Source of the DNA: Hypanus sabinus
Taxonomy: Eukaryota
Assembly: GCF_030144855.1 (NCBI RefSeq)
Contig: NC_082729.1
Location: 23,684,001 to 23,748,000 of the forward strand
Length of the DNA: 64,000 nucleotides
Reading direction: 5' to 3'
Shown: piece by piece, positions 37,774 through 51,339 of the stretch
How the letters are laid out: each line of letters opens with the position of its first letter
Position numbering within the stretch: position 1 is the stretch's first letter
Made by a program: the position numbers and the translations under genes
The notes under the pieces: generated by a model
Told to the model about the DNA's origin: nothing
The model's database searches: none
Seen by the model: only the letters and a program-made list of their open reading frames with translations

Positions 37774-39230
37774 TGTTATGGGCGGCTATCCATAACATCA
37801 GGCCCCGTCACTTTGTCAGGGCAGAAGAGCCACTTTCATTTGGCTATGGAAAGTTTAAAGAGAAGTATACCACCAGAGTCTGCGAGAGCAGGGGCGCAAG
37901 AAGACTCTCTGATTGACCTCCCGGTGACGAACCTTGGCATGGACACAACAATGAATCAAGAAACCGGCAGCTCGGCATGTTGTTCAGACCTGTGGGTGCG
38001 GCTGGACTAAAATAACATCAACTCGTGGTCTTGAAATTCATCAAGGACAGAAGAAATGCTTGAAAATCTCCAACCGAGGGCCCCGCATTGGCCAGAGTCT
38101 GTTAAGAGGAGATAATCAGTTAATCTGTTAATCAGTCGGATGAAACTCAGCGGCAGGAAGAAACCCACATTCCGCAGAGAATCAGCACCCTACGGGATGT
38201 GGAAGAGGTTTCAGGTACAAGCAGCAGTCCAAGACACATCGTAAAGAGGAGAACATGCAAGGACGTAAGCCGTTGGTGAAATGGTCAAAGTCTAACAGCA
38301 AGGAGTGGGAAAACATCAATGCAAATGTGAACCTGATCCTAAGTGGCATCAAGGGATCAGCAGAAAAGAAGTTGGAGAAGATGGGCGACCTGATCTAGAG
38401 CTACGGCAAGGAGCAAGTCTGTGCCAAACGCAGCAGAGGAAAGCAGCAATTGGATTTGGATTAAAAGGAAAGACAACAACTGGGCTGCAAGATGAAGACA
38501 GGAGGGTACGGGACTGAGGGGGGTGTATCTGGGACGCCAGGTAGCACCGTTGAGCCCTCTGGAGACGTCGTGGGCTTATCAATGGAATCTCAAAGAAGGA
38601 GGGTATCCACCTGATGACTCCGATGACGTAGCTACCCTCCTCGTCACTACTCCAAGCCTCGCCTACATCGAGAGTGCCGACTGGTCACTGGGATTGAAAC
38701 ATCAAGTCGTATTAGCTCTACCTCCAAGCCTGATCTCGCCAAAACCTAATTATTCAAAGCCACTCCAAACACTGGCTCACTCAAAAGAATGGCCGCTCAT
38801 GTTGCACTTGAGTTATTGTTACTGTCTCTTTTTAATAAATTGCTCTTGCCGAATTGTCGCTCCTCCGACCTGCTCCAACTTGTGCACATTAGGCTGTTTC
38901 ATTAAAATGGGCCCTTTTCTTCTTTTTGTTATTAACGCTTTACTCAAATTAGGAAATGTAAAGATAAATCTTTTGATCGTACGTGGTGCACTGTCTGTTA
39001 TTTCGTGACACCACTGTGAAACAGGGTAGCGAATTACACACATCCAGAGAAACGAGGGATTTAGTGTGGGATCGCTCCTGAATCTCACCAGCTTCGTAGG
39101 GCCGGAGATTGACTTTCCCGGACTTATTCAGCCGAGGAAACCAGGGTGTTTCAAAAGTTTTTTTACGGGGTTTTTGGCATGACTTTACCGGTCCATCACA
39201 GGTAAAAACCTCGTCACCACCCGAGTACAT
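37774..39230 (+). mobile_element. Unclassified LTR-like insertion specific to unit A
   Basis: Begins tgttatg, AATAAA at ~38834, possible end gtgaca at 39010. No TSD found. Absent from unit C. Confidence 0.35.
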
Positions 39231-40043
39231 CTGCAGGGAGAGCCGTCACAGGTCAGCAGCATCCATCAACAAGGACACATGCCATTTAGGTTATCCGCTT
39301 CTCTCTGCAGCCATCGGGCAGGAGGCATGAGAGCCTCCGGTAGCGCACCACCAGGTTCAGGAACAGTTATGACCCGTCGACCACCCCAGGCTGCTGAATC
39401 AGAGAAGATAACTTCTCTCATCACAACACTGAACAGATCTCACAACCTACAGTCTCACTTTCAAGAGCTCAATGCCGAAGATGTCAATACTCATTTTATT
39501 TCTTTGTTGTTATTTTGTTTTCCTTTTTTGTATTTGCACAATTTGTTCTATTTTACACATTGGTTGTTTGTTCGTCTGTGTTAGCAGCAAGAAATCAGCC
39601 AGCACGCTCACTTGTTCCAGTAGGAGCATCAGTACCCGTAACAACCACCTATCAATAGTAAGTCCCAGACACCAAGATCGATAGACCAAAGGAGGTGCGA
39701 GGGGCAAGTTATTTATACAGAGCGCGGTGTGTGCCTGGTCTGTGCTACCTGGAATGGTTGTAAGAGCAGAGAGGTTAGAGACCTTTAAGTGATGTTTAGA
39801 TAGGTGAACTGAGCATAATGGGAGTCTATCGACATTGTGTCGGCAGAGGGGATTAGTTTAATTGTCCACCTATTTACTGATTTAGTTGATCCGGCACATT
39901 ACTGTGCTGTATTGTTTTAAGTGATTAAAATAAGGGTGCAGGAAAGACTCCACTCCTGACGACAGTTGCACCCGACTGTCCAGTGTGTCTGCAGTCTGGG
40001 GATATCGGTTGTCTGCGTGTCCACGATTAACTGCTCCGGGTGT

Positions 40044-43000
40044 TCATACTTGAGGTGTGGTTGCGTGTCTAGGTCTTTGGTTCGAGCCTCCGCTTGGCGA
40101 AGGCCAGCAGGGGCGAAGCAAGGAGAGAGCGCCTGAAGACGCGGCGGAATTTGCTACAAGCGAAGACATAGAGAAGGGGGTTGAGGGCACCTTTAAAGGA
40201 GGCCAGGGCTGCAGTGAATAACGACTAGTCAATAGACAATAGACAATAGGTGCAGAAGTAGACCATTCGGCCCTTCGAGCCTGCACCGCCATTCTGAGAT
40301 CATGGGTGATTATCTACTATTAATACCCGGTTCCTGCCTTGTCCCCATATCCTTTGATTCCCCTATCCATAAGATATCTATCTAGCTCCTTCTTGAAAGC
40401 ATCCAGAGAACTGGTCTCCACTGCCTTCCGAGGCAGTGCATTCCAGACCCCCACAACTCTTTGGGAGAAGACTTTTTTCCTTAACTCTGTCCTAAATGAC
40501 CTACCCCTTATTCTTAAACCATGCCCTCTGGCACTGGACTCTCCCAGCACCTGGAACATATTTCCTGCCTCTATCTTGTCCAATCCCTTAATAATCTTAT
40601 ATGTTGCAATCAGATCCCCTCTCAATCTCATCTCCTTAATTCCAGCGTGTACAAGCCCAGTCTCTCTAACCTCTCTGCGTAAGACAGTCCGGACATCCCA
40701 GGAATTAACCTTGTGAATCTACGCTGCACTTCCTCTACAGCCAGGACGTCCTTCCTTAACCCTGGAGACCAAAACTTTACACAATACTCCAGGTGTGGTC
40801 TCACCAGGGCCCTGTACAAATGCAAAAGGATTTCCTTGCTCTTGTACTCAATTTCCTTTGTAATAAAGGCCAACATTACATTAGCCTTCTTCACTGCCTG
40901 CTGCACTTGCTCATTCACCTTCAGTGACTGATGAACAAGGACTTCTAGATCTCCCTTACCCAACTCTACACCGTTCAGATAATAATCTTCTTTCCTGTTC
41001 TTACTCCCAAAGTGGATAACCTCACACTTATTCACATTAAACGTCATCTGCCAAGTATCTGCCCACTCACCCACCCTATCCAAGTCACCCTGAATTCTCC
41101 TAACATCCTCATAACGTCACACTGCCACCCAGCTTAGTATCATCACCAAACTTGCTGATGGTATTCTCAATGCCTTCATCTAAATCGTTGATGTAAATTG
41201 TAAACAGCTGTGGTCCCAATACCGAGCCCTGTGACACCCAACTAGTCACCACCTGCCATTCCGAGAAATACCCATTCAACCGCTACCCTTTGCTTTCTAT
41301 CTGCCAACCAGTTTTCTATCCATGTCAATATCTTCCCCTCAATGCCATGAGCTCTGATTTTACCCACCAATCTCCTATGTGGGACCTTATCAAATGCCTT
41401 CTGAAAATCGAGGTGCACTACATCCACTGGATCTCCCTTGTCTAACTTCTTGGTTACATCCTCGAAAAACTCCAATAAATTAGTCAAACATGATTTACCC
41501 TTGGTAGGTCCATGCTGGCTCTGCCCAATCCTATCACTGCTATCTAGATATGCCATTATTTCATCTTTAATAATGGACTCCAGCATCTTCCCCACTACTG
41601 ATGCTAGGTTGACAGGATGATAGTTCTCTGTTTTCTCCCTCCCTCCTTTCTTAAAAAGTGGGATAACATTAGCCATTCTCCAATCCTCAGGAACTGATCC
41701 TGAATCTAAGGAACATTGGAAAATGATTACCAATGCATCCGCAATTTCCAGAGCCACCTCCTTTAGAACCCTAGGATGCAGATCATCTGGACCTGGGGAT
41801 TTGTCATCCTTCAGACTCATCAGTCTACTCATCAACGTTTCCTTCCTAATGTCAATCTGTTTCATTTCCTCTGTTACCCTATGTCCTTCGCCCATCCATA
41901 CATCTGTGAGATTGCTTGTGTCTTCCTTTGTGAAGACAGATCTAAAGTATTTATTAAATTTTTCTGCCATTTCTCTGTTTCCCATAACAATTTCACCCAA
42001 TTCATTCTTCAAGGGCCCAACATTGTTCTTAACTATCTTCTTTCTCTTCACATACCTAAAAAAGCTTTTGCTATCCTCCTTTACAGTCCTGGCTAGCTTG
42101 CGTTCGGACCTCATTTTTTTCTCCCCGTATTGCCTTTTTAGTTAAGTTCTGTTGTTCCTTAAAAATTTCCCAATAATCTGTTTATCAGACCTTAGCTCTG
42201 TCATACTTCTTTTTTTAATGCTAACTTCCTTTGTCAACCACTGGGCCTCCTTTCCCCCCTTTGAATCCTCCCTTCTCCGGGGGATGAACTGATTTTGCAT
42301 CTTGTGCAGCATTCCCAAGAATACCTGCCATTGCTCTTCCACTGACTTTTCTGCTAGGATATCCGTCTATTTAACTTTGGCCAGCTCTTCCCTCATGGCT
42401 CCATAGTCTCCTTTGTTCAACTGCAACAATGACACACCGATGTGCCCTTATCCTTCTCAAATTGCAGATAGAAACTTATCATATTATGGTCACTACCTCC
42501 TAATGGCTCATTTACTTCAAGGTTGCTTATCAAATCCTGTTCATTACACAGTCTGGGGGAATCGGTGTGGAGAAGGTTGAGAGGAGATCGCAGACCGTGT
42601 TGGGGATCCAGCAGATCATAAATGTGGCTACAACGGTGATGTTGAGGTGGACAGGCTTCTTAGATTTGTCAAACATGTCCCCTTACAGCCTCCTGTCAAG
42701 TAAGGAGTAGCATTTGATCATAATTACAAAGGAGAGGCCGAAGATGAAATGAAGTTAAAATGGCGCCAACACGGCGAATCCCTTCTCCAAATCCTGGAGG
42801 AGGAGGACGGGCAGGCGCATGACGAAGGCTAGGATCCAGGCTCCGAAGCAGGCCGCACACGCTCATGTGAGGCTCAGATGTTGCTGGAGCCAAAAGGGCC
42901 GAGTAATAACCAGGCAGCGGCAGATTCTGGTCAGACATAACATATATATGCTGGCGGATGCGTTGAGGAACATCAAGGTTCCAAAAAACTTCCTGGAAAA

Positions 43001-43284
43001 GTAGTCTTTCTGCCCAGATCTGCTCAGAGAGATGTTCAACATGCGGAAGGGGAGAGTCAAGCAATAGATCAGGTAAGGCAGAGCCAGAGTCAGGAAACAC
43101 ACCGTGTGGACCTTACTCTTCATCTTGAAGTCCGTCATCCAGATAATTGCGCCATTGCCCCGGACGCCCATTAGGAATGTGAGGGTGAAGGTGCTCCCCA
43201 CTCTATGTTTCCCACGGCTGTGGAATTGTGGGAGGAGAGATACCCCACGAGCGTCGAACTGGACACTCCTTCGGAGAATGACAT
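40044..43284 (-). pseudogene. Chemoattractant-like GPCR copy 2, pseudogene split by a CR1 insertion (pieces 43284-42550 and 40230-40044)
   Basis: Clear homology to copy 1 (MSFSEGVSSSTL..., FKMKSKVHTVCF). Frameshifts near TM1 and TM4/5, a 2.3-kb LINE in ECL3/TM7, and upstream sequence cut at 43493. Confidence 0.92.
40231..42549 (-). mobile_element. 5'-truncated CR1/HER1 LINE inserted into GPCR copy 2
   Basis: ORF2 RT motifs ([18 protein letters not shown]), (ctattgt)n 3' tail at 40231-40250, and agtc duplicated at 40227-40230 and 42550-42553. Confidence 0.96.
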
Positions 43285-43493
43285 TGTCAGATCTGGTGGA
43301 GGAGATATTGTGGAAGTGAGAGGTGCGCAGAATGGAGAGATGCCGAATTTAGGTGGGGAGGCGAGAGCGAAGAGGAAAGAGCGATAGGCCAGTTGAGAAG
43401 GGTTGCAGCATGGAACGTAAACTTGACACACCACATCGGCAGTGAAGGCAGCGGATGTCTGCTGTAGCGCAGAGACCACAATCGTCTTTCATT

Positions 43494-46400
43494 TGTTCCG
43501 TACTCGTGACATGACAGTGGTACCCTTGTCACGTGACTGGGGTTGAAGCTATACTGGACTTGAGGTAATGGTCTTGTGATGGTGGAGTGATGTAATTTTC
43601 CCGCCCTAGAGATCACGTGACAGGTTTTTTTTACGGGTTATAAAAGGTTATAAACTCCCCTGTGCGGAGGGGCAGTTCGTGGCTAGATTTGCCATGTTGA
43701 CTTCATGCCGCTGCGTGATTTAATGTGATGACGCAGTTTAGTTGAAGGATGTTTTTATCTAATGCCTAAAGTTTAAAAGGTCATTGCCAGCAGTTTCTTT
43801 ACGATTCTGTTAGTTGAGAGTCAGTGCAGAGTGAAGATCGGAGTTCGGGAGTGAAAGATCGAGAAGAATCTATTTCGACGGTGAAACGGGTTCGACCTTG
43901 TTTAATCCTTATTCGGAAGGAATTCGTTGACTGTTCTCGTGTGAATCTCGGCGGGATAGCAGAAGATTGAGGACAGTGTGATAAAGGAAAGGTCAGCGCC
44001 TTTAAGCCGTTTCGTTTCGTTTCGTAAATTCCTCGTGGGAAAAGTTCGACGTCGGGGATCGAAGCAAAACGACGTGAAAGAGAACTTAAATCGTCTTATA
44101 AAGTCTTTCCTTTTAAATGGACCGTGAGCATTTTGAACTTGGGGCAATCCTACTTAAAAGAACTGTTTTTGCAACGTCGCTTTAAGAACTGTTTTTGCAA
44201 CATCGCTTTAAGAACTGTTCAAGCTGCCGCACAGCAGCTGATTTCCGGTTATGTTAGTGTTTTGTTTACTTTTTGGGGGGGTTTGTTTTCAGTGTTTAAT
44301 AAAAGTGTTGTTTTTTATATAAACCCTTGCCTAACTTTTTGTTGCCTGAAGACGTAACATAAATATGGGGGCTGCGTCCGGATTGGATCGTTTGAGTTTA
44401 ACTGCTTGCTAACTTTTGAATCGGTGTTTTGGAAAAGGGGAATACTCGATTCTTTTGTTTGATTGGCTTGTGCGTGGTATTCGGCAACAATGAATATTGA
44501 TGAGTTTCTGGTTTCGCCAGATGCGGAGTTGTTAGCGAAGGCGAAAAAGACTGAGGTGTCTGAGATAGCAACTTAAAGGTATTTTCACAACTACATCAAA
44601 GGCTGTAATACAGAGAAACATCGCGTCACACTATGTGGATTCGGGTGTTTTTGATGATTCGATTTTAGAGTCGTTTCCAATAAGTAAACTGGAGATGCAG
44701 TTGCAAATCGAACAAATGATGTTGGAGCGTTGTAGGTTAGAGGCTGAACAAAAACAGAGAGAATTTGAATATGCAATGGAGGAATTAAGGTCTGGGAATC
44801 AGTCTTCTGGTTCTAGAATACAGTTTGTTGCTAGTCAAGAAATTAAATTGGTCTGTCCATTTAGTGAAACAGAAGTGGAAAGATATTTTCAACATTTTGA
44901 AACTATTGCTCGGATGTCAGAGTGGCCGAGAGATAAATGGTCAGTGTTGTTACAGAGTGTAATTAAAGGTAAAGCACAACAAGTTTACACAGCTTTAACT
45001 GCTGCGCAAGCACTTGATTATGATATTGTGAAAATGCATATTCTCAAAGCATACGAATTAGTCCCAGAAGCTTATAGAAAAGATTCAGAAGTTTGAAAAA
45101 GTCTGTGGAAAAACATGTGGAATTTGCCTATGATAAAGCTGTGTGGTTTGAGAGATGGGTTTCTTCTAAAAATGTAAATGGGGCCTATGATACATTGAGA
45201 AAGCTGATTTTAATGGAGGAAATTAAAAGAAACATTCCTGTTGAAGTAAGGACCTACTTAAATGAGAGTGATAGTGATAAATTGCAGGACTGTGCGAGAT
45301 TAGCTGATGAGTATGTTTTAATTCATAAGAATAAATTTCCTCAGGGTAGAATTTTTAAGAGGAAAAATAACATGGAGACTCAAGGTAAATCAGAAATTAA
45401 ATCAGAAGTTAATGAGAAAGGTAAGGAGGAAGGAAAGCCTGTGAAGGAAAGACTGTTTAGTCTTATTTGTAACTATCGTAAGAAGCCTGGCCATGTAATA
45501 GCTAACTGTTTCAGATTGAAAAAGAAAGAGAAGGAAGCAGTTCCAGATGCTTGTGTGCAACATACTGAAGAACCTGTAAAGTTACAGGGTTTGATAAACA
45601 CAAATGAGGCTTTTTTAGAGTCTGATCATGTTAAAGAGGGATATGATCATTTTGTCACTGAAGATGACAGTGAGATCCTTGAAAGAAGGATCTACTCTGG
45701 TGCCAATAAAAATCCTTAGGGATACTGGAGCTTCTCAATCACTGATGTTAGACAGTGTGTTGAAGTTTAATGAAGAGTCTGATACTGGTGTTACATAAGA
45801 GGTGTTGGGAGTGATTTTATGCCTGTATATTTACATAAAGTAAATTTAAAGTCAGGGTTAGTTACAGGATTTGTTAAAGTAGGATTACAGCGTAGCTTAC
45901 CTGTGAAGGGTATTTCTTTATTGTTAGGTAATGACTTGGCAGGTGGACAAGTTTTTCCTGAAGTGCATTTGACAATGGAGTCAGAAGAACCAGAGATGAA
46001 TTCTAACACAGATGCTTCCTATGTTGTGACTAGAGCTATGGCTAAAAAGATTGATGCGCAGAATGAGGTTGTTACTCAGGACTGTTCAACTCAGGATTCG
46101 AGTTTTGAGGATGTGTCAGAGACTTTCTTATCTTCGTTCTTTGAACAAGATTCTTGGAGTAAGTCTGACTATGAAGATTTATCTCTGTCTCGGAAGGTGA
46201 TGATAGCAGAGCAGAATAGAGACTCTGAGATTATAAAATTAAGAGAATAAGTTTTACTAGATAGTGAAATTGAGAAGGTGCCAGTAGGATATTACTTGGA
46301 AAAAGGAGTGTTGATGAGGAAGTGGAGATCGCCTACAATTCCTGCAAGTGAGGATTGGAGTATTGTTTACCAGATAGTTGTCCCGAAAGTTTATCGAAAT

Positions 46401-49400
46401 GAGATTTTGACTTTAGCTCATAGTGTGCCTTTAGGTGGACATCAAGGGGTAAGGAAAACTGTGGACAAGATATTAAAACATTTTTACTGGCCTGCTCTAA
46501 GAAAAGATGTGGCGATGTTTTGTAAAACGTGCCATACTTGTCAAATTGTGGGTAAGCCAAATCAGGTTACACCAGTAGCTCCATTACAAACTATCCCAGC
46601 ATTTGGTGAACCGTTTTCTTAAGTTATTGTAGATTGTGTTGGTCCATTACCAAAGACAAAAACTGGTAATCAGTATTTGTTGACTATCATGTGTACTTCG
46701 TCTAGGTTTCCAGAGGCAGTACCACTTAGGAATATAAAAGCTAAAACTGTGACAAAGGCCCTTATTTTGGATTACCTAAGGAAATACAAACTGATCAAGG
46801 CAGTAATTTTATGTCTAGATTGTTTCAACAGATAGTTTATAAATTGGGAGCTAAGCAAATCACTTCGTCTGCATACCATCCAGAGTCGCAAGGTGCCTTG
46901 GAGAGGTTTCATTCTAAGCTCAAGAATATGATTAGGACATATTGTGTGGAAAATGAAAGTGACTGGGATGAGGGTATAAACTTACTTTTATTTGCAGTAA
47001 AGGAATCGGTACAGGAATCTTTAGGTTTTAGTCCATTTGAACTTGTGTTTGGGCATAGAGTTAGAGGACCTTTAGCTGAAAGAACAGTGGATTAATAAGG
47101 AAGTACACACTAATTTGTTGGACAATGTGTTGAAATTTAAGGACAGGTTACATAAAGCTTGTCGCTTAGCTAAGGAAAATTTAAAGTTGGCTCAGGAGAA
47201 AATGAAGACTTGGTATGATAAAGAAGCTAGGATGAGGATGTTTAAGCCTGGAGGTAAGGTGTTGGTTCTTTTCCTAGTGCAGCCAAATCCTTTACAAGCT
47301 AGATTTCATGGTCCTTATGAAATTGTGTCTAAACTCAATGATGTGGATTACGTGATAAAAACTCCAGATCGTAGAAGGTCAACACAACTTTGCCATATAA
47401 ATATGATAAAACCATATTTTGAGAAACAATCTGATACTGTGACTGTTGTGGTTAGTGAGAATAAGAGTTTGATTTAATTAGGAACATGATAGATGATTCA
47501 TCTGACTTTCATTCTAAATCCAACATTGTTTCTGTTAAGTTACCAAATTCAACCATTCTGGAAAATATTGATGAAAAATTAGCACATTTACAGCTAGAGC
47601 AGAAACAACAGATGAAGGAATTAATTTTTAAATATGAGGAGTTGTTTCCAAATGTTCCGAGAAGGACTACTATAGCTTCACATGATGTAGATGTTGGAGA
47701 TGCCAAACATATTAAACAACATCCATATGGGATGAACACAGAAAAAATGTGAACTTGCTGAGAAAGAAATTGAATATATGTTAGAGAATAATATTATTAG
47801 ACATTCTAACTCGAATTGGAGTCACCATGTGTGATGGTGCCAAAACCAGATGGTAGTATTATGTTTTGTACGGACTATAGGAAGGTGAATGCTGTAACGA
47901 AAACAGATGCATATCCAATTCCTAGAGCAGATGATTGTGTAGATAAAGTTGGAAAAGCAAAGTTCCTTACAAAGATTGATTTATTGAAATGGTATTGGTG
48001 TGTTCCATTAATATACAGAGGTTGAGAGATTTATGCTTTTGTAACTCCATCTGGGTTATATGAGTATAATGTTCTTCCATTTAGGATGAAGAATTCCCTA
48101 GCTACTTTCCAGAGGATGATTAACTCTGTGATTCAGGGATTGAAAGATACTGATGCTTATATTGATGATTTAGTGACAGGAAATGATACTTGGGAAGCAC
48201 ACATTATTGCGGTGGAGAAATTGTATGAACGGCTTTCAAAAGCTAACTTAACTATTAATTTAGCTAAGAGTGAATTTGGACATGCCACTGTGACTTACCT
48301 TGGTTATGTTGTGGGTCAAGGTAAGGTAGCTCCTGTTCAGGCAAAAGTTCAGGCAATTTTAGAGATTCCCACTCCAACGGGGAAAAAACTCTCAGAAGAT
48401 TTTTGGGAATGGTAGGATATTATCGAAAATTTTGTAAGAATTTTGCTAATGTTGCCCTTCCATTAACTAACCTTCTGCAGAAGAATGTGAAGTTTGTGTG
48501 GACAGTGCCTTGTCAAGAAGCATTTGAAAAATTGAAAATAATGATATGTCAACAACCTGTGCTTAAGGCACCTGACTTTGAAAAACCTTTTTCATTAGCT
48601 GTAGATGCTAGTGATGAGGCTGCCGGAGCAGTATTAATGCAAAGGAATGAGGGTGATGAGGTTGATCATCCAGTAGTTTACTTTTCGAGGAAATTTAATA
48701 AGCATCAAAGAAACTATTCGACAATAGAGAAAGAATTGTTATCTCTTGTTTCAGCTTTGGAATATTTTGATGTATATGTTGGTACAACTCAAAAACCAGT
48801 TATTGTTTACACTGATCATAATCCGTTAGTTTTCCTGAGTAAGATGAAAAACAAAAACAGAAGATTATTAAATTGGAGTTTGATGTTACAAGAGTACAAC
48901 AGAGATGTGGTCTGAGCATCCGAGGTGGGGGCCGGGCTCTGCGTCGCGTCGGGAATGTTTGTGTAAACCAGGTCCAACGCGTTATCTCCCCTCGTTGCGA
49001 AGTCCACATACTGAAGGAATTTGGGGAGCACTGACTTCAGGTTCGCGTGGTTAAAATCACCGGCGACAATAAACAAACCATCAGGGTGTGCGTTCTGCAG
49101 TTCACTAATAGCCCCGTACAGTTCACAGAGCGCCTCCTTTGCATTAGCGCTGGGGGGAATGTAGACACCGCATATAAGGACAGAGGTGAATTCCCGTGGC
49201 AAATAAAATGGTCTGCATCTAACAGCCACAAACTGCACTAATGATGAGCAGTGTCTGGAAACCAGCACAGAGTTCCTACACCATTCCGTGTCAACGTAAA
49301 CACAGACACCGCCACCGCGAGTCTTACCGGAGACAGCTGCATCTCTGTCCGAACGAAACAAAGCTCGCCCGTCTAGTTGGATGGCAGCGTCCGAAATCCC

Positions 49401-50832
49401 ATCAGTGAGCCATGTCTCTGTGAAGACAAACGCGGAGCAAACTCAGTACTCCCGCCGAGTATTACATCGGAGTCAGATGTCGTCCATCTTATTGTCCAGG
49501 AAGCGGACATTGGAAAGCAGAATGGACGGGAGAGCCGGCCGACTAGGATTCGCTTTTTGCCTGGCACGGACCCCTGCCCGTTTGCCTCGCTTCTGCTTCC
49601 TCGCACATCACTTTCGACGTCTCCATATCCGGCTCCAGCAACAGGCAAGTCTGAAGAATGTAGGCCCCATCCCCTCAGCAAGCCGGCGTCGCGTAACTCA
49701 GCCAGCAGATCTTTGTGGAGGTTTGTTTTTGGGCGATCTCTGTATTGTGGTGGTATCTGGCGATTGTAGATAGCCGCTGTGTTATCCATGCGCCATAATC
49801 GAAAATTGTGTATCAAACTTAAAATAGAAACTTAAAGCAACACCAGGACTGAAAGGCCGCTGCTGCCGTGCCGCGCCGCCTCATGGTAGTCTCAAATGAT
49901 GGTAGACTGATTGTCTGGATGTTAAGTTTAAAAGTGAAATAGAAATTAGTAATTTTATACGCTTTGCTATGTTACCTGATAATGCACATGTATTGCTTCA
50001 AGCTGTATAATGGATAGTTAGACAAAAAGTTTGGACCTTGATCAAAATTTTACCCAAAAGAAGGGAGGTGTGACGAGATCCCAAGGTTTATTCATTATGG
50101 ACTGTGCCTTTAAAAAGAGAGAGAGTTGGTGTACTCTAATTCAGAGAGGGGGAGAGAGAGAGAGAAAGAGAGAGAGAGAGCACCGAGCAGCTCGTGAGTC
50201 GCCATGGCAACCGAAGGGCGGAGCTATATAATGGACAGCTGGCGTGCAGCATGATGTTTGGGATACATACAATGACAGCTGGCTTTTCATACAGCCACTG
50301 GAGACACAAACAGAAATACAGCAGAAATAGACACTGGATGAGCTTTGAGTGCCCACGAAAGCGTGGGTTGTGCTGGCAGTGTGGGAAAGGGGTGACCGGA
50401 GGAAGGCTATCGGTGTGTTTAACTCTTGCCTGGGTTTATATCTTCATCGTGTGAAGACGGTATACTTTGTGTGGTCACAGTCGGTAACTTTAGCAGGACT
50501 TCGGAGGACAATCGACGCATCGGCTTCCTTGGAAAACAAAACACCCCTCTCTCTCTCCTCAGTTCTACTCAACTCAATATCATGAAGTGTACTGACTTCA
50601 TTCTTAAACCATCATAAAACTGTATCATTTACCACCTAAGCTTGAAGAAGTTTGGGATTTTATATCTACACACTTATATAAGCATGACCTCTGTTAACCT
50701 GATTGATTTATCTGGTTTTATATTAATATATTACGGAGACACTAACAAACGAGTGTTTAGTTTACAGCAAAACCAGACTCCAAATGTGTTCCATTTCTGG
50801 TGTTTTTTAAACCCGTTATGTGGTGAGTAACA
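43494..50832 (+). mobile_element. Gmr1-clade Gypsy LTR retrotransposon (gag-PR-IN-RT-RH order), degenerate, with non-matching LTRs (43494-44359 and 50069-50832)
   Basis: tRNA-Pro-like PBS tgggggctgcgtccggat at 44366-44383. gag with YELVPEAYR and a degenerate CCHC. PR LRDTGASQS. IN HHCC plus DCVGP/TDQGSNF/YHPESQGALER (46278-47477) precedes RT (PKPDGS..FCTDYRKVN, YIDD) and RNase H (DAS..GAVL, EKELL, TDHNPL). PPT aaaagaagggagg at 50056-50068. Confidence 0.94.
48900..49882 (-). mobile_element. Rex1/Babar LINE 5' fragment (APE endonuclease only) nested at the end of the Gypsy RNase H
   Basis: GKTRGGGVCVY, RPFYLPREF, VYIPP, AGDFNHANL and LDLVYTN are typical of the Rex-Babar endonuclease. Confidence 0.88.
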
Positions 50833-51339
50833 CCCTTCCCGTGGCAATAACGAGAAAAGGACTTGCAACCAGGCGGTGAGAGTGTTTAATGATGAATGCC
50901 GCCCTCTTGAAGATATCCCTGATGGTGGGAAGAGATCAAAGGTTCTTTTCTATTGTCAAAGTCCGCATGTATGATACGACTTTGATATTTGTCTGCTCCA
51001 GATAGCCATTAAATACAGAAAGACCATGGTTATTGATGAAAGAAAACACATCAACTCCCCCCACCCCAACCGGCACGAAAAAGAAAAGAAACAGAACTCC
51101 CAGACCCCAAAATCCTCCATCGCCTGCAGGAAAATAAACAGCCACAATAACAACCAAAGTCCCCCAACACTGCCTCTTTCACACAAAAATTAACAGGTCA
51201 GCACCCCCCCCCCCGCCAATCGCCCACAAGAAAGAAACACCGGAAAACTGAAGGAAACCAATACAAAAAACGGTCCAATGATCACAGTAAACTCAAAATA
51301 TGGAAAAGGGGTATTTAGCCGAGTGCAGGTACTCGGTGA

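Larger units (their letters stand above)
20560..39560. repeat. Segmental duplication unit A (paralogous to unit C 50833-61830 and partial unit B 39680-43493)
   Basis: Collinear similarity, e.g. 20570~50840, 24860~55030, 29840~55430, 30600~56185, 32350~57940, 34250~59820, 39240-39490~61590-61830. Confidence 0.93.

Noticed and set aside
44635-48915. Endogenous retrovirus or domesticated gag/SCAN gene
   Set aside because: No env, IN-before-RT order indicates Gmr1 Gypsy, and there are many stops and frameshifts.
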